From: an uncultured Porphyromonadaceae bacterium
Lineage (GTDB): Bacteria; Bacteroidota; Bacteroidia; Bacteroidales; Muribaculaceae
Length of the DNA stretch: 64,000 nt
NCBI GenBank assembly: GCA_947178175.1
Contig: CAMWXI010000001.1
Location: 9,628 to 73,627, forward strand
Reading direction: 5' to 3'
Position numbers and translations under genes: made by a program
Shown: in pieces, positions 1 through 9,516 of the stretch
Layout of the letters: the number at the start of each line of letters is the position of its first letter
Position numbering within the stretch: position 1 is the first letter of the stretch
The notes under the pieces: generated by a model
Told to the model about the DNA's origin: nothing
The model's input: the letters and a program-made list of their open reading frames with translations, nothing else
Database searches by the model: none

Positions 1-1
1 A

Positions 2-535
2 TATGACGGAGAGGTGACAGACGTGACGTGGGCTTCCGGAGCCTGCCTGATGGTTCGCACTCAGCTCTATCTGCGTCTCGGAGGTCTTGACCCCCGATTT
101 TTCGCTCACATGGAGGAAATTGACCTTTGCTGCCGGATGTTGGCCGAAGGGAGCCGCGTTTGTTCTATGAGCGATGCTCTGGTTTATCATGTGGGAGGGG
201 CTTCTCTTCCTCAGGGCAATCCTAAAAAGGTGTATCTCAACTTTCGCAACAATCTGTTGTTGCTATATAAGAACCTGCCGTTAAAAAAAGGGAAGAAACT
301 GCTCTTCATACGCCGTCTGGCCGACACTCTCGCCCTACTCATGTTTATAACTAAAGGAGATTTTGCAGATGCAAAGGCGGTGTGGAATGCCCACCGGGAT
401 TTCCGGAAGATGAAGAAATATTATACCGAACTTCCGAAAGATGACCGGCTCACTATCCTGCCGGGTGCGGAAAGACTGATTATTCTTGACCGCTATCTGA
501 GAGGAAAACGAATCAAAAAAGAAATGAAATTATGA
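2..535 (+). CDS. Glycosyltransferase family 2 (WbbL-like), 5'-truncated by the window edge
   Basis: The frame is open from base 2. C-terminal GT2 motifs WASGACLMVR, GGLDPRFFAHMEEIDLC and VYHVGG are present; the stop overlaps the surE start (ATGA). Confidence 0.85.
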   Translation, partial: YDGEVTDVTWASGACLMVRTQLYLRLGGLDPRFFAHMEEIDLCCRMLAEGSRVCSMSDALVYHVGGASLPQGNPKKVYLNFRNNLLLLYKNLPLKKGKKLLFIRRLADTLALLMFITKGDFADAKAVWNAHRDFRKMKKYYTELPKDDRLTILPGAERLIILDRYLRGKRIKKEMKL

Positions 536-1317
536 AGATATTAGTGACCAACGACGATGGATTTCAGGCACGCGGAATTCATCATCTCGCAAAATGGCTC
601 TCTCCATTCGGTAAAGTTATAGTTGTGGCACCCGATGGTCCCCGCTCAGCTCAGTCAATGGCCATTACGGTAAATGTGCCGTTACGTCTGTCTCCGATCC
701 CGGCTCCTGATTCCAATTCGGATTCCAACATTGAATGGTATAGTGTCAACGGCACACCGGTTGACTGTGTGAAGCTTGCCATGAACACTATATTTCGCGA
801 TGAGAAGCCGGATATGGTGGTAGCCGGCATCAATCACGGTTCCAACTCGGCTGTCAACGTCATTTATTCAGGCACCATGGGAGCTGTGATGGAAGGATGT
901 ATCTGCAACATCCCCTCAATCGGATTCTCCCTTACCAGCCATGATCCTATGGCAGATTTTGCTCCCTGCAAACCATTCGTAGAGATATTGGCTGCCGGAG
1001 TCTTAAAACATGGACTGCCTGAAAATGTATGCCTGAATGTCAACATACCTGATATTGACGGTGTCCCTGAAGGAATGAGAGTCGTGAGAGCATGCAGGGG
1101 ACGATGGACAGAAGAATATAAGGAATATAAGGATCCTCAGGGGAAAAATTTCTATATGCTTACGGGAAGCTTCATAAATGAAGAACCGGAGGCGGAGGAT
1201 ACCGATGAATGGTGTCTTTCCCACAGATTGGTGTCTGTGGTCCCAACCACGCCGGAACGCACGGCACCCCGGGGAGAATGGCCGAAATGGCTTGACGAGA
1301 TGTCATTTGTTATTTAG
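532..1317 (+). CDS. surE: 5'/3'-nucleotidase SurE
   Basis: ILVTNDDG, NGTPVDCVKLA and GINHGSNSAVNVIYSGTMGA motifs. Confidence 0.97.
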   Translation: MKILVTNDDGFQARGIHHLAKWLSPFGKVIVVAPDGPRSAQSMAITVNVPLRLSPIPAPDSNSDSNIEWYSVNGTPVDCVKLAMNTIFRDEKPDMVVAGINHGSNSAVNVIYSGTMGAVMEGCICNIPSIGFSLTSHDPMADFAPCKPFVEILAAGVLKHGLPENVCLNVNIPDIDGVPEGMRVVRACRGRWTEEYKEYKDPQGKNFYMLTGSFINEEPEAEDTDEWCLSHRLVSVVPTTPERTAPRGEWPKWLDEMSFVI

Positions 1318-1337
1318 GACATTGTTTTGTAACTTTG
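1306..1337 (+). promoter_or_regulatory. Bacteroidetes sigmaA-type promoter for the nnr-xseB run
   Basis: TTTG at 1306-1309, 20-nt spacer, TAACTTTG at 1330-1337. Confidence 0.65.
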
Positions 1338-1362
1338 AAATCCCGATTTTGATAATTCAATT

Positions 1363-2889
1363 ATGAAGATATTACCCTCCGATAAGCTCCGGGAGCTGGA
1401 TCAGGCCACCTGTGAGCGACAGAATATAGATAGTCTTGTACTGATGGAGAGAGCGGCCACGGCAGTTACCTCAGAAATTGAGGAGCGCTTTCTGCCGAGT
1501 CAAAGGATAGTTGTTGTTGCTGGTCCTGGCAACAACGGCGGCGATGCTCTTGCCGTGGCGCGTCAGCTTTACGAAAGAGGCTACCATAACCTGAAGGTTT
1601 ATCTCTTCAATGTTGGGAATCAACTAAGTCATGACTGTGATGAGGAGCGCCGGGCGCTTATCTCCAACGATGCCATCAGCTTCACGGAGGTTCAGCGTGA
1701 GTTTACCCCACCTACTCTGGGTAAGAGCGACGTTGTTGTCGACGGGCTCTTCGGAGCCGGCTGCAAAGGTTCGCTCCAGGGCGGTTTCCAGGCATTGGCG
1801 CGCCTTATCAATGAGTCGGGAGCATACGTAATCTCAATAGACGTTCCTTCAGGTTTGCGCGGTGAGCATAATCTTGATGCCAACCGTCGCGACATGATTC
1901 ACGCCGACCTCACCCTGACCTTCCAGCTTCCACGGCTCAGCTTCTTCTTTGAGGAGAACGCACCTGTGCTCGGTGACATCAAGATTCTTAACATAAATCT
2001 TGACACCCAGAAAATCAAAGAGACATACACCAACTACATGCTGGTGGAGGAGAAGACAATCCGTACATTCCTATTGCCCCGCATGAAATTTTCAGGCAAG
2101 AGGGATTACGGATCAGTCCTGCTGTTTGCCGGAAGCACCGGCATGACAGGGGCCGCAGTTCTGGCTGCCCGCGCCACCATCCGCAGCGGCGCCGGACTGG
2201 TAACGGTCCATTCCGGGATGCAGGGAATCAATATTCTGCAGACTGCAGTGCCGGAAGCGATGTTTGAACCGGACCGCAACGAACACTTCATCACCGACAT
2301 GACCATCCATCATGAGCATCAGGCAGTAGGAGTAGGTCCCGGCATCGGTACCAACGAACGCACCATAAATGCCCTGGAAGAGATGCTGAAAAAAGCCACA
2401 ACCCCATTGGTGATTGATGCTGATGCGTTGAACTGCATCTCCAAACGTCCATCATTGCTGAATCTTCTGCCTCCAAACACTATCATCACGCCTCACATCG
2501 GAGAATTTGACCGTCTGTTTGGCGAACAGAAATCTTCGGAAGCACGCCTGCAAAAAGCGCAGGAGATGGCAAAATATTATAATATAATAATTGTCTTGAA
2601 AGGACACCACACAGCCATTGTACGTCCTGTGCGCCCAGATGGAAGGGTATATTTCAATTCCACCGGCAATCCCGGAATGGCAACTGCCGGAGCCGGCGAC
2701 GTGCTGACCGGGGTTATCTCTGCCTTTATAGCCCAGGGGTATCGTCCGGAAAAAGCCGCACTGATAGGTGTATATATCCATGGTCTGGCAGGCGATATGG
2801 CCGCGGATGAACTTGGAGAATTCGGACTCACAGCTTCTGACATTGCAGCCTATGTGGGACGCGCCATTCGTAAAGTGATGTGTGATTAA
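1363..2889 (+). CDS. nnr: Bifunctional NAD(P)H-hydrate epimerase/dehydratase
   Basis: YjeF_N motifs GPGNNGGD, DGLFGAG and SIDVPSG; YjeF_C motifs GPGIG, VIDADAL, TPHIGEF and GNPGMATAGAGDVLTG. Confidence 0.95.
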   Translation: MKILPSDKLRELDQATCERQNIDSLVLMERAATAVTSEIEERFLPSQRIVVVAGPGNNGGDALAVARQLYERGYHNLKVYLFNVGNQLSHDCDEERRALISNDAISFTEVQREFTPPTLGKSDVVVDGLFGAGCKGSLQGGFQALARLINESGAYVISIDVPSGLRGEHNLDANRRDMIHADLTLTFQLPRLSFFFEENAPVLGDIKILNINLDTQKIKETYTNYMLVEEKTIRTFLLPRMKFSGKRDYGSVLLFAGSTGMTGAAVLAARATIRSGAGLVTVHSGMQGINILQTAVPEAMFEPDRNEHFITDMTIHHEHQAVGVGPGIGTNERTINALEEMLKKATTPLVIDADALNCISKRPSLLNLLPPNTIITPHIGEFDRLFGEQKSSEARLQKAQEMAKYYNIIIVLKGHHTAIVRPVRPDGRVYFNSTGNPGMATAGAGDVLTGVISAFIAQGYRPEKAALIGVYIHGLAGDMAADELGEFGLTASDIAAYVGRAIRKVMCD

Positions 2890-2901
2890 ACGGAACTCCT
2901 C

Positions 2902-3993
2902 ATGAAAAGATATCTGTTTTTACTTCTGATTCTCTCTGTTATCCTCGGCTGTCCGGAGATAATGACAGCACAACAGACAAAGATTCTTACCGGCGAGAAA
3001 TTCAACGAATACGGTTTGGTATATACTCTCCCCAAGACTGCAGTGAGCATCACCGTGACAGCCCGCAAACAAACTTTTAAAGCCGGGAAATTCTACAAAT
3101 ACGCTAAAAAATTTCTCGGCACTGACAGAGTGATAACCGAGAATTCTGAAAAATGGGAGATTCTTTCTGTAGAAGCCACTCCCTTCGGCATTGCTGACTC
3201 CTCGACTCAATATCTCATGCAGCTTAAGCCGGGAGTCACGACCTTCATCGGTGTAGGCTCTGACGGAATGATTCTGAGCATCAACGCCGACCCGACACCT
3301 TCAGCAGTGCCTGAGCCGAAATATTCAATTACCGCCGACCCTGCAATAAATGCGGATGCCTATCTGGACTACGTCACAGAAGATTTTCTGGCATCCCAAT
3401 CCACTTCCCGCCAGGCACAGATGCTCTCGGAAGCTCTTCTTGAAACCCGCGAAACACGCATGGCCATTGCCGCAGGCACGGCCGACAATATGCCGTCTGA
3501 CGGGAAACAGATGGAGCTGATGCTCGCCTCTCTTTCTGCAAAAGAGAAGGCACTCACAGAGGCATTCACAGGTGTGAGCTATACCCAGACTGCCACCAAG
3601 AGCTTCTCCTTTACCCCCTCACGCGAGGGGAAGGAGACCCTTTTCCGCCTGAGCGACTTTGCCGGATTTGTAGAAGCCAACGATTATTCAGGAGCTCCCG
3701 TATATGTCTCCACAAAAATCCTTCGTCGTGGTCAGCTACCCCTTGATGCTAATGGAGAGGAGAAGAAATTCCCAAAGGATGGTGTGGTCTATGCCATTCC
3801 CGGCACTGCCTCCATAACCATATCTTTTCAAGGAGAAAATCTATGGAGCCGCGAAATGGATGTGGCTCAATTCGGAACCACTTTCGCTCTGAACCCCGCT
3901 CTCTTTACTGCGAAGAAAAATCCCTCCTATGCCATCTTCTCAGACATAACCGGCGGACTTGTAGAGATAGGGAACACCACAACACAGCAGTGA
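2902..3993 (+). CDS. Conserved Bacteroidales exported protein (DUF4831-like)
   Basis: Signal peptide; GLVYTLPKT, GKFYKYAKKFLG and AQFG motifs resemble DUF4831 from memory. Confidence 0.7.
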   Translation: MKRYLFLLLILSVILGCPEIMTAQQTKILTGEKFNEYGLVYTLPKTAVSITVTARKQTFKAGKFYKYAKKFLGTDRVITENSEKWEILSVEATPFGIADSSTQYLMQLKPGVTTFIGVGSDGMILSINADPTPSAVPEPKYSITADPAINADAYLDYVTEDFLASQSTSRQAQMLSEALLETRETRMAIAAGTADNMPSDGKQMELMLASLSAKEKALTEAFTGVSYTQTATKSFSFTPSREGKETLFRLSDFAGFVEANDYSGAPVYVSTKILRRGQLPLDANGEEKKFPKDGVVYAIPGTASITISFQGENLWSREMDVAQFGTTFALNPALFTAKKNPSYAIFSDITGGLVEIGNTTTQQ

Positions 3994-4029
3994 GAGTTTG
4001 AATAAGTCGGAGCATTAATTAGTAAGAGT

Positions 4030-5277
4030 ATGAATTCCACACCCCGGACTCTGCTGCAGTTCACCACAGCCATTGGGAATGCCATACGCCGCACTCCCGA
4101 ACTTTATTCCGCATGGGTAATTGCGGAGCTGTCGGATGTTCGCATCAGCGGTGGACACTGCTATATGGAGCTGGTGGAGAAAAATGAAGAAGGTTCGACG
4201 GTAGCAAAAATCCGTGGAATGATATGGAGTTCGTTGCTCCACAGACTTCGCTCTAAATTCTGCAACGCCACGGGAAAGGACATTTCAACAGGTCTGAAAG
4301 TGATGATTCAGGTCACGGCCACGCATCATCCCGTCTATGGTCTGTCGCTTACGATCAATGATATAGATCCGTCCTATACTATGGGCGATCTTGAGCGTCT
4401 GCGTCGTGAGATTCTTGAACGTCTGCAGCGTGAGGGGGTCATTGACCGGAACAAACGGATTCCTCTCCCATTAAATCCGCAGAGGATTGCGGTCGTTTCA
4501 GCTGCAGGCGCCGCCGGATATGGCGATTTCTCCAATCAGCTGGAAAGTAATTCTCAAGGTTTCGTTTTCTATCCACATCTCTTTCCGGCAATTATGCAGG
4601 GTGAAAAGACTCCTCCTACAGTCCTCGCCGCTCTTGACAACATCGAAATGACAGTTGACCTGTGGGATTGTGTCGTGATAATACGCGGAGGCGGATCCAC
4701 TACGGACATGAATGCCTTTGACAATTATGAACTGGCCCACAGAGTGGCGACATTCCCGCTCCCTGTGATTGTGGGAATCGGACATGAGCGCGACCGTTGC
4801 GTGCTTGATGAAATTGCACACACCCGATGCAAAACGCCGACTGCCGTGGCAGGCTTCCTTATAGATTCTCTTTCAGAAGCATGGATTCGTGCAGACAGAC
4901 TCACCCGGGCTATTGCACAATATGCCACCGAAAATATCAAGGGGGAAACACATCGCCTGACACAGACCGGCTCAGCAATTCCGGTGATTGCTGCAAATAT
5001 CCTGGAGCGTAATTCCGTCAACCTTAATTTTATTTCTGAAAAATTACAATCGGAATTGACGCGTCTTCTTGATAAGGAACGGGATAGACTCGAAAACCTT
5101 GAGAAACTGACAAACGTGCTGAGTCCGGCAAATACACTTAAGCGCGGATTCTCAATCACCCGCCTCAACGGACACGCCATAACGGATATTTCCGGACTTA
5201 AGGAGGGTGATAAAATCGAGACCACACTATTAAACGGAACGGTGCAGTCTGTTATATCCAATAAAAAATGTAATTGA
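4030..5277 (+). CDS. xseA: Exodeoxyribonuclease VII large subunit
   Basis: GHCYMELVE OB-fold, IIRGGGS, VGIGHERD, TPTAVA, LSP..TLKRGFS; followed by xseB. Confidence 0.96.
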   Translation: MNSTPRTLLQFTTAIGNAIRRTPELYSAWVIAELSDVRISGGHCYMELVEKNEEGSTVAKIRGMIWSSLLHRLRSKFCNATGKDISTGLKVMIQVTATHHPVYGLSLTINDIDPSYTMGDLERLRREILERLQREGVIDRNKRIPLPLNPQRIAVVSAAGAAGYGDFSNQLESNSQGFVFYPHLFPAIMQGEKTPPTVLAALDNIEMTVDLWDCVVIIRGGGSTTDMNAFDNYELAHRVATFPLPVIVGIGHERDRCVLDEIAHTRCKTPTAVAGFLIDSLSEAWIRADRLTRAIAQYATENIKGETHRLTQTGSAIPVIAANILERNSVNLNFISEKLQSELTRLLDKERDRLENLEKLTNVLSPANTLKRGFSITRLNGHAITDISGLKEGDKIETTLLNGTVQSVISNKKCN

Positions 5278-5281
5278 TATT

Positions 5282-5497
5282 ATGAATAAAGATAATGAAT
5301 CCGAAATCGGAAAATTGTCATATACCGAAGCTGTAGCCGAGTTAGAGGAAATTCTTCGCAACATGCAGAATCCCAACTGCGACATAGACCTGTTGGCAAA
5401 CTATACAGCGCGTGCCCTCGTGCTTATGAAGCATTGCAAAGAACGTCTCACCAAAGTTGACGAAGAGGTGAGCCGTTGTCTGAAGGAGTTGGAATAA
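5282..5497 (+). CDS. xseB: Exodeoxyribonuclease VII small subunit
   Basis: 71 aa with LSYTEAVAELEEIL...DID.L, directly after xseA. Confidence 0.93.
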   Translation: MNKDNESEIGKLSYTEAVAELEEILRNMQNPNCDIDLLANYTARALVLMKHCKERLTKVDEEVSRCLKELE

Positions 5498-5560
5498 TCT
5501 CTCCGGCAATTCTCATCATCCTTTCTGAAGGTGACTATCATAAGCAGTTGTTCTCCCCCG

Positions 5561-8056
5561 TCATTCACGGAAATAGACTCTTTTGACTCTGGGGGAAACT
5601 GAGGTGAGGACTTCGTAGGGTATAGTGCCAAGGACGTCTGCCAAACGCTGCACGTCGGCGTTGGACCCGAAAATCTCCACGGCATCTCCTTCCTTACAAT
5701 CAATCTCCGTCACATCTATCATACAGGCATCCATGCAGATGTTACCGACTGTTGGAGCATCCTTCCCATTGACCTTCACAGAAATTGCGCCGCAGCCGAA
5801 ATGTCGGTTCATCCCATCGGCATAACCTATAGGGATCGTTGCGATTCTTGAGTCACGCTTCAACATCCCCTTTCTGGCATAACCTATTGATTCCCCCTTC
5901 TTCCATTCCCTGATTGCAATTATCACCGTGCGAAGAGAGCTGACAACGGATAATGGCCGCTCTATCTCCGGCGGTAATGTGTTGGCTCCGTACAGACCAA
6001 TACCTAATCTCACCATATCGTAATGATATTTTGGGAATCGGAGAATACCGGCGGAATTCAGAATATGACGAAGCACGGGCGTCCTGCTTCGCGATATTAT
6101 ATAGTCTGAATATTCTTTGAACAGGTTAAGCTGTAACATGGTATAGTCATCCATATCGGGACAGTCGGCCGTTGCCAAGTGTGAGAAAACCGACTTTATT
6201 CTGACTCCGCGCTGCGAATCAATAATATCCATGACAAGAGGGAGCTCTTCCTTCACAAAACCCATGCGATGCATTCCTGTGTCAAGTTTTATATGGACGG
6301 GATAGTCCTTACGTCCATATTTCTCAGCCTCCCGCACCACATCCCTCAGCATGGCAAGGCTGTAGATTTCCGGCTCCAGACTGTTTTCAAACATCGCACC
6401 GTAATTCACAACTTTGGGATTCATCACCATTATCGGCATTGTTATCCCACGCTCCCTAAGCTCAATACCCTCATCAAGCACCGCCACAGCTAAATAAGCG
6501 GCACCACAATCCTGAAGAGTCTTTGCAATTTCGTAACTTCCGGCTCCATATCCGGATGCCTTGACCATTGCAATCATCCCGGTGCCTGAGGGCACATGAC
6601 TCCGAAAATAATTATAGTTTCTGATGACGGCATCAAGGTTTACCTCCAACACTGTCTCATGAGTTCGGGCCTCCAGCATCTCCTGAATCCTGTCAAATCC
6701 ATATTCAGGAGCTCCCTTCAATAAAATTATGCTGTCTGTGAAGTCTGAAGGCGTCATATTTTCCAGCATCTCATCCACCGAACTGAAAAACTTTGAGCCC
6801 TCAGGAAACGATTCCGATGCCTTTTTTAACCCCTCTCCTATCCCTATAAATTCAGAAATCTCATGGAGTTCCACCAGTTGCGCAACCTTCGGGTATATCT
6901 CCGAAGAAGCTTCATGTCGCAAGTCGCTCATTACGAGAATTCTCTTCATGCCCGGCATCGTCCGTCGTCCCACAAAGTCAAGTGCGGGACGCAATGAGGA
7001 GAAATCGCTGGTATATGAATCTATCACCAATGAACATCCGTTGATCCCCTCCAATACATTCAGACGTGTCTTGATGGGATGAAGGGAGGCAAACCGCTCA
7101 CCGATCTTCTCCGCATCGAGTCCTTCAGACAGCATGAAAGCGAGTGCTCCCGCCGCATTACTCAGATTATTATCGTCTGTGAATTTCAAGCTTATCTCCG
7201 ACTCTACATTCACATTCCCCAAATGGAAACTATATTTAATTCTGAAAAAATCAACGCCTTCTTCATCAACGGGAGTTATAAACAATGCCGCATCTTTATC
7301 TTTTACCGACCATCCGATATAAGCCATTTCCGGTCGTTCTCTTTTAAGAATCTCTACTTCCTCCCTGATAAATTTATCATCTATCGGATAGATTAGTTTC
7401 TTAACCTCTTTTCCTCTTGCGAGCATCAGCTTCTCCCTGCTCTTCTCTCTTTTTGATGCAAACCCTTCTGCATGAGCATCCCCGATATTCGTGATAATAA
7501 CGGTATCCGGATTTATACACTCTGCAAGTCTGCTCATTTCATTTGTTTTGGAAACCCCGGCTTCTATTAGTGCTATCTGAGTGTCCGGGAGGATTTCCCA
7601 TAACGACAATGGGACACCTATCTGGGAATTATAGCTTCGTGGGGAACGTATGATATTATAATATGGTTCCATCAGTTGAAAGAGCCACTCCTTGAGAGTA
7701 GTCTTTCCGCGACTACCGGTGATTGCCACCATCTCACCGTGAAAATCCGGATGGTATGCCGCCACTTGCTGAAGCGCCCGCACCGGGTCCGGGACCAAGA
7801 ATATTGCAGCGTCATTGACCCCCTTCATATCTTCAGGAATATTATCTGTGACAAAAGCTCTTACTCCACGTTCATATAAAGAGCGCATAAACCTGAACCC
7901 TTCCCTTCTGGAAGATGAGATAGCAAAAAAGAGCGTAGTCTGTGCCACTGAGAGAGACCGGGAATCTGTCAAAAGATATTGTACAGGGATTGAACCGGTG
8001 TTCCCTACGGGTGTAACTTTTAGCAATTCTCTTATTTTCAGCGTATCGGTAGTCAT
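5561..8056 (-). CDS. alr: MurF-like/alanine racemase fusion
   Basis: N-terminal Mur-ligase fold (DSR, ITGSRGKTT, SPRSYNSQIGVPLS) and C-terminal racemase (MVKASGYG with PLP Lys, HIKLDTGMHRMG, PIGYADG, GNICMD). ATG at 8056 is preferred over the ORF-track start at 8107. Confidence 0.95.
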   Translation of the reverse strand: MTTDTLKIRELLKVTPVGNTGSIPVQYLLTDSRSLSVAQTTLFFAISSSRREGFRFMRSLYERGVRAFVTDNIPEDMKGVNDAAIFLVPDPVRALQQVAAYHPDFHGEMVAITGSRGKTTLKEWLFQLMEPYYNIIRSPRSYNSQIGVPLSLWEILPDTQIALIEAGVSKTNEMSRLAECINPDTVIITNIGDAHAEGFASKREKSREKLMLARGKEVKKLIYPIDDKFIREEVEILKRERPEMAYIGWSVKDKDAALFITPVDEEGVDFFRIKYSFHLGNVNVESEISLKFTDDNNLSNAAGALAFMLSEGLDAEKIGERFASLHPIKTRLNVLEGINGCSLVIDSYTSDFSSLRPALDFVGRRTMPGMKRILVMSDLRHEASSEIYPKVAQLVELHEISEFIGIGEGLKKASESFPEGSKFFSSVDEMLENMTPSDFTDSIILLKGAPEYGFDRIQEMLEARTHETVLEVNLDAVIRNYNYFRSHVPSGTGMIAMVKASGYGAGSYEIAKTLQDCGAAYLAVAVLDEGIELRERGITMPIMVMNPKVVNYGAMFENSLEPEIYSLAMLRDVVREAEKYGRKDYPVHIKLDTGMHRMGFVKEELPLVMDIIDSQRGVRIKSVFSHLATADCPDMDDYTMLQLNLFKEYSDYIISRSRTPVLRHILNSAGILRFPKYHYDMVRLGIGLYGANTLPPEIERPLSVVSSLRTVIIAIREWKKGESIGYARKGMLKRDSRIATIPIGYADGMNRHFGCGAISVKVNGKDAPTVGNICMDACMIDVTEIDCKEGDAVEIFGSNADVQRLADVLGTIPYEVLTSVSPRVKRVYFRE

Positions 8057-8206
8057 ATTCAAAAATGATATGAGTGAAAGTGATGTAAAATTACAAAAAA
8101 TAAACAAGGAAGTGAACTATGTGAATTGGAAAGATGTTATAATGATGAAAGGAAAGAAAAATCGTTTCATGATGTTAGGTTAGTTTGAAAAGTTATTATG
8201 AAAAAC

Positions 8207-8246
8207 ACGCGAACGCGGGCGATGAGACATCGCCCGCGTTCGGCGT
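8207..8246. other. Strong GC-rich hairpin; minus-strand terminator-like or part of a structured RNA
   Basis: Perfect 15-bp stem CGAACGCGGGCGATG (8210-8224) / CATCGCCCGCGTTCG (8228-8242) with a 3-nt loop; on the minus strand it is followed by CGTGTTTTT. Confidence 0.7.
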
Positions 8247-8309
8247 ATAGAAGGACGGCAACTTGTCCGCAAGTCAGACTTCGGAAAAAAACATCAGATA
8301 TAAAGCTAT

Positions 8310-8349
8310 AAAAAAAGGAAATGCCAAATTCTGACTTTGACATTTCCTT
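8310..8349 (-). terminator. Intrinsic terminator of fba
   Basis: Minus strand AAGGAAATGTCAAA-GTCAGAA-TTTGGCATTTCCTT followed by a T-tract, ~30 nt after the fba stop. Confidence 0.8.
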
Positions 8350-8378
8350 ATATTTAGATTCTATATTTATGCCGATAT

Positions 8379-9379
8379 TTACTCAGCCTTTCCTTCAGAA
8401 CCAAGCACATTCACAATCTTATGCTTATAGAGTTTCTCCATTTCATCGCGAGCGGGACCGAGATATTTACGCGGGTCGAACTCTGCCGGCTTTTCATTGA
8501 AAATTTTGCGGACTGCAGCAGTCATGGCAAGACGACTGTCGGAGTCGATATTGATTTTGCAGACATCCATTGCAGCCGCTTTGCGGAGTTCCTCTTCGGG
8601 AATACCGATAGCATCGGGAAGCTTGCCGCCATTAGCGTTGATAATCTCAACATATTCCTGGGGAACAGAGCTTGAGCCGTGGAGCACGATGGGGAAGTCA
8701 GGAAGTTCTTTTCAACCGCTTCAAGCACATTGAATGCCAAGGGAGGAGGCACGAGACGTCCTGTCTTGGGGTCACGGGTACACTGTTCGGGTGTGAATTT
8801 GTATGCTCCGTGGCTTGTTCCGATTGAGATGGCAAGACTGTCACAACCTGTGCGGGTCACAAAGTCTATAACCTCTTCAGGATCGGTATATGTGTGATGG
8901 TCTGAGCTAACCTCGTCTTCCACTCCGGCAAGCACACCAAGCTCTCCCTCTACTGTTACGTCATACTTGTGGGCATAGTCTACTACCTTCTTCGTGAGCT
9001 CAACATTTTCTTCATAGGGAAGATGGCTGCCGTCAATCATTACTGATGAGAAACCATTGTCGATACAATCCTTGCAAAGCTCGAAAGAGTCACCATGGTC
9101 AAGATGGAGTACAATCTGGGGATGTTCCCAACCGAGAGATTTAGCATATTCCACAGCCCCCTGTGCCATATAGCGGAGCAAAATGGGGTTGGCATAATTG
9201 CGGGCACCCTTTGATACCTGTAGAATCACCGGAGATTTAGTTTCAGCCGCAGCCTTAATGATTGCCTGAAGCTGCTCCATATTGTTGAAATTAAACGCCG
9301 GGATGGCATAACCACCATGAACGGCTTTGGCAAACATTTCACGGGTGTTAACCAAGCCTAATTTTTTGTAATCTACCAT
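8379..9379 (-). CDS. fba: Class II fructose-1,6-bisphosphate aldolase, split by a 1-nt frameshift near 8706-8712
   Basis: ORF 8522-9379 has AFNFNN, LHLDHG, SSVMIDGS, VEGELG and IGTSHGAYK. The C-terminus (PIVLHGSSSV, KINIDSD, FDPRKYL) continues in the -1 frame (ORF 8379-8687). One extra A restores VEK(K/E)LPDFPIVLHG. Confidence 0.93.
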
Positions 9380-9485
9380 TGTAATAAATTTTTATGTCCG
9401 AATATACCCTGAATCATTCCTTACATCAAAGCAGAGACGGACTTCACTTTAAACCTATAATGCTTTTATAAACCTTTTAGTTCAG

Positions 9486-9516
9486 CAAATATAACAAATT
9501 TTCGCCACTTCTCAAA
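9486..9516 (-). promoter_or_regulatory. sigmaA-type promoter of fba
   Basis: Minus strand TTTG at 9516-9513, 19-nt spacer, TATATTTG at 9493-9486. Confidence 0.7.

Noticed and set aside
5561-8056. MurF-Alr fusion as a novelty
   Set aside because: This is a well-known, widespread Bacteroidetes architecture.
8379-8687. Separate 102-aa gene downstream of fba
   Set aside because: It is the out-of-frame C-terminus of fba, not an independent gene.
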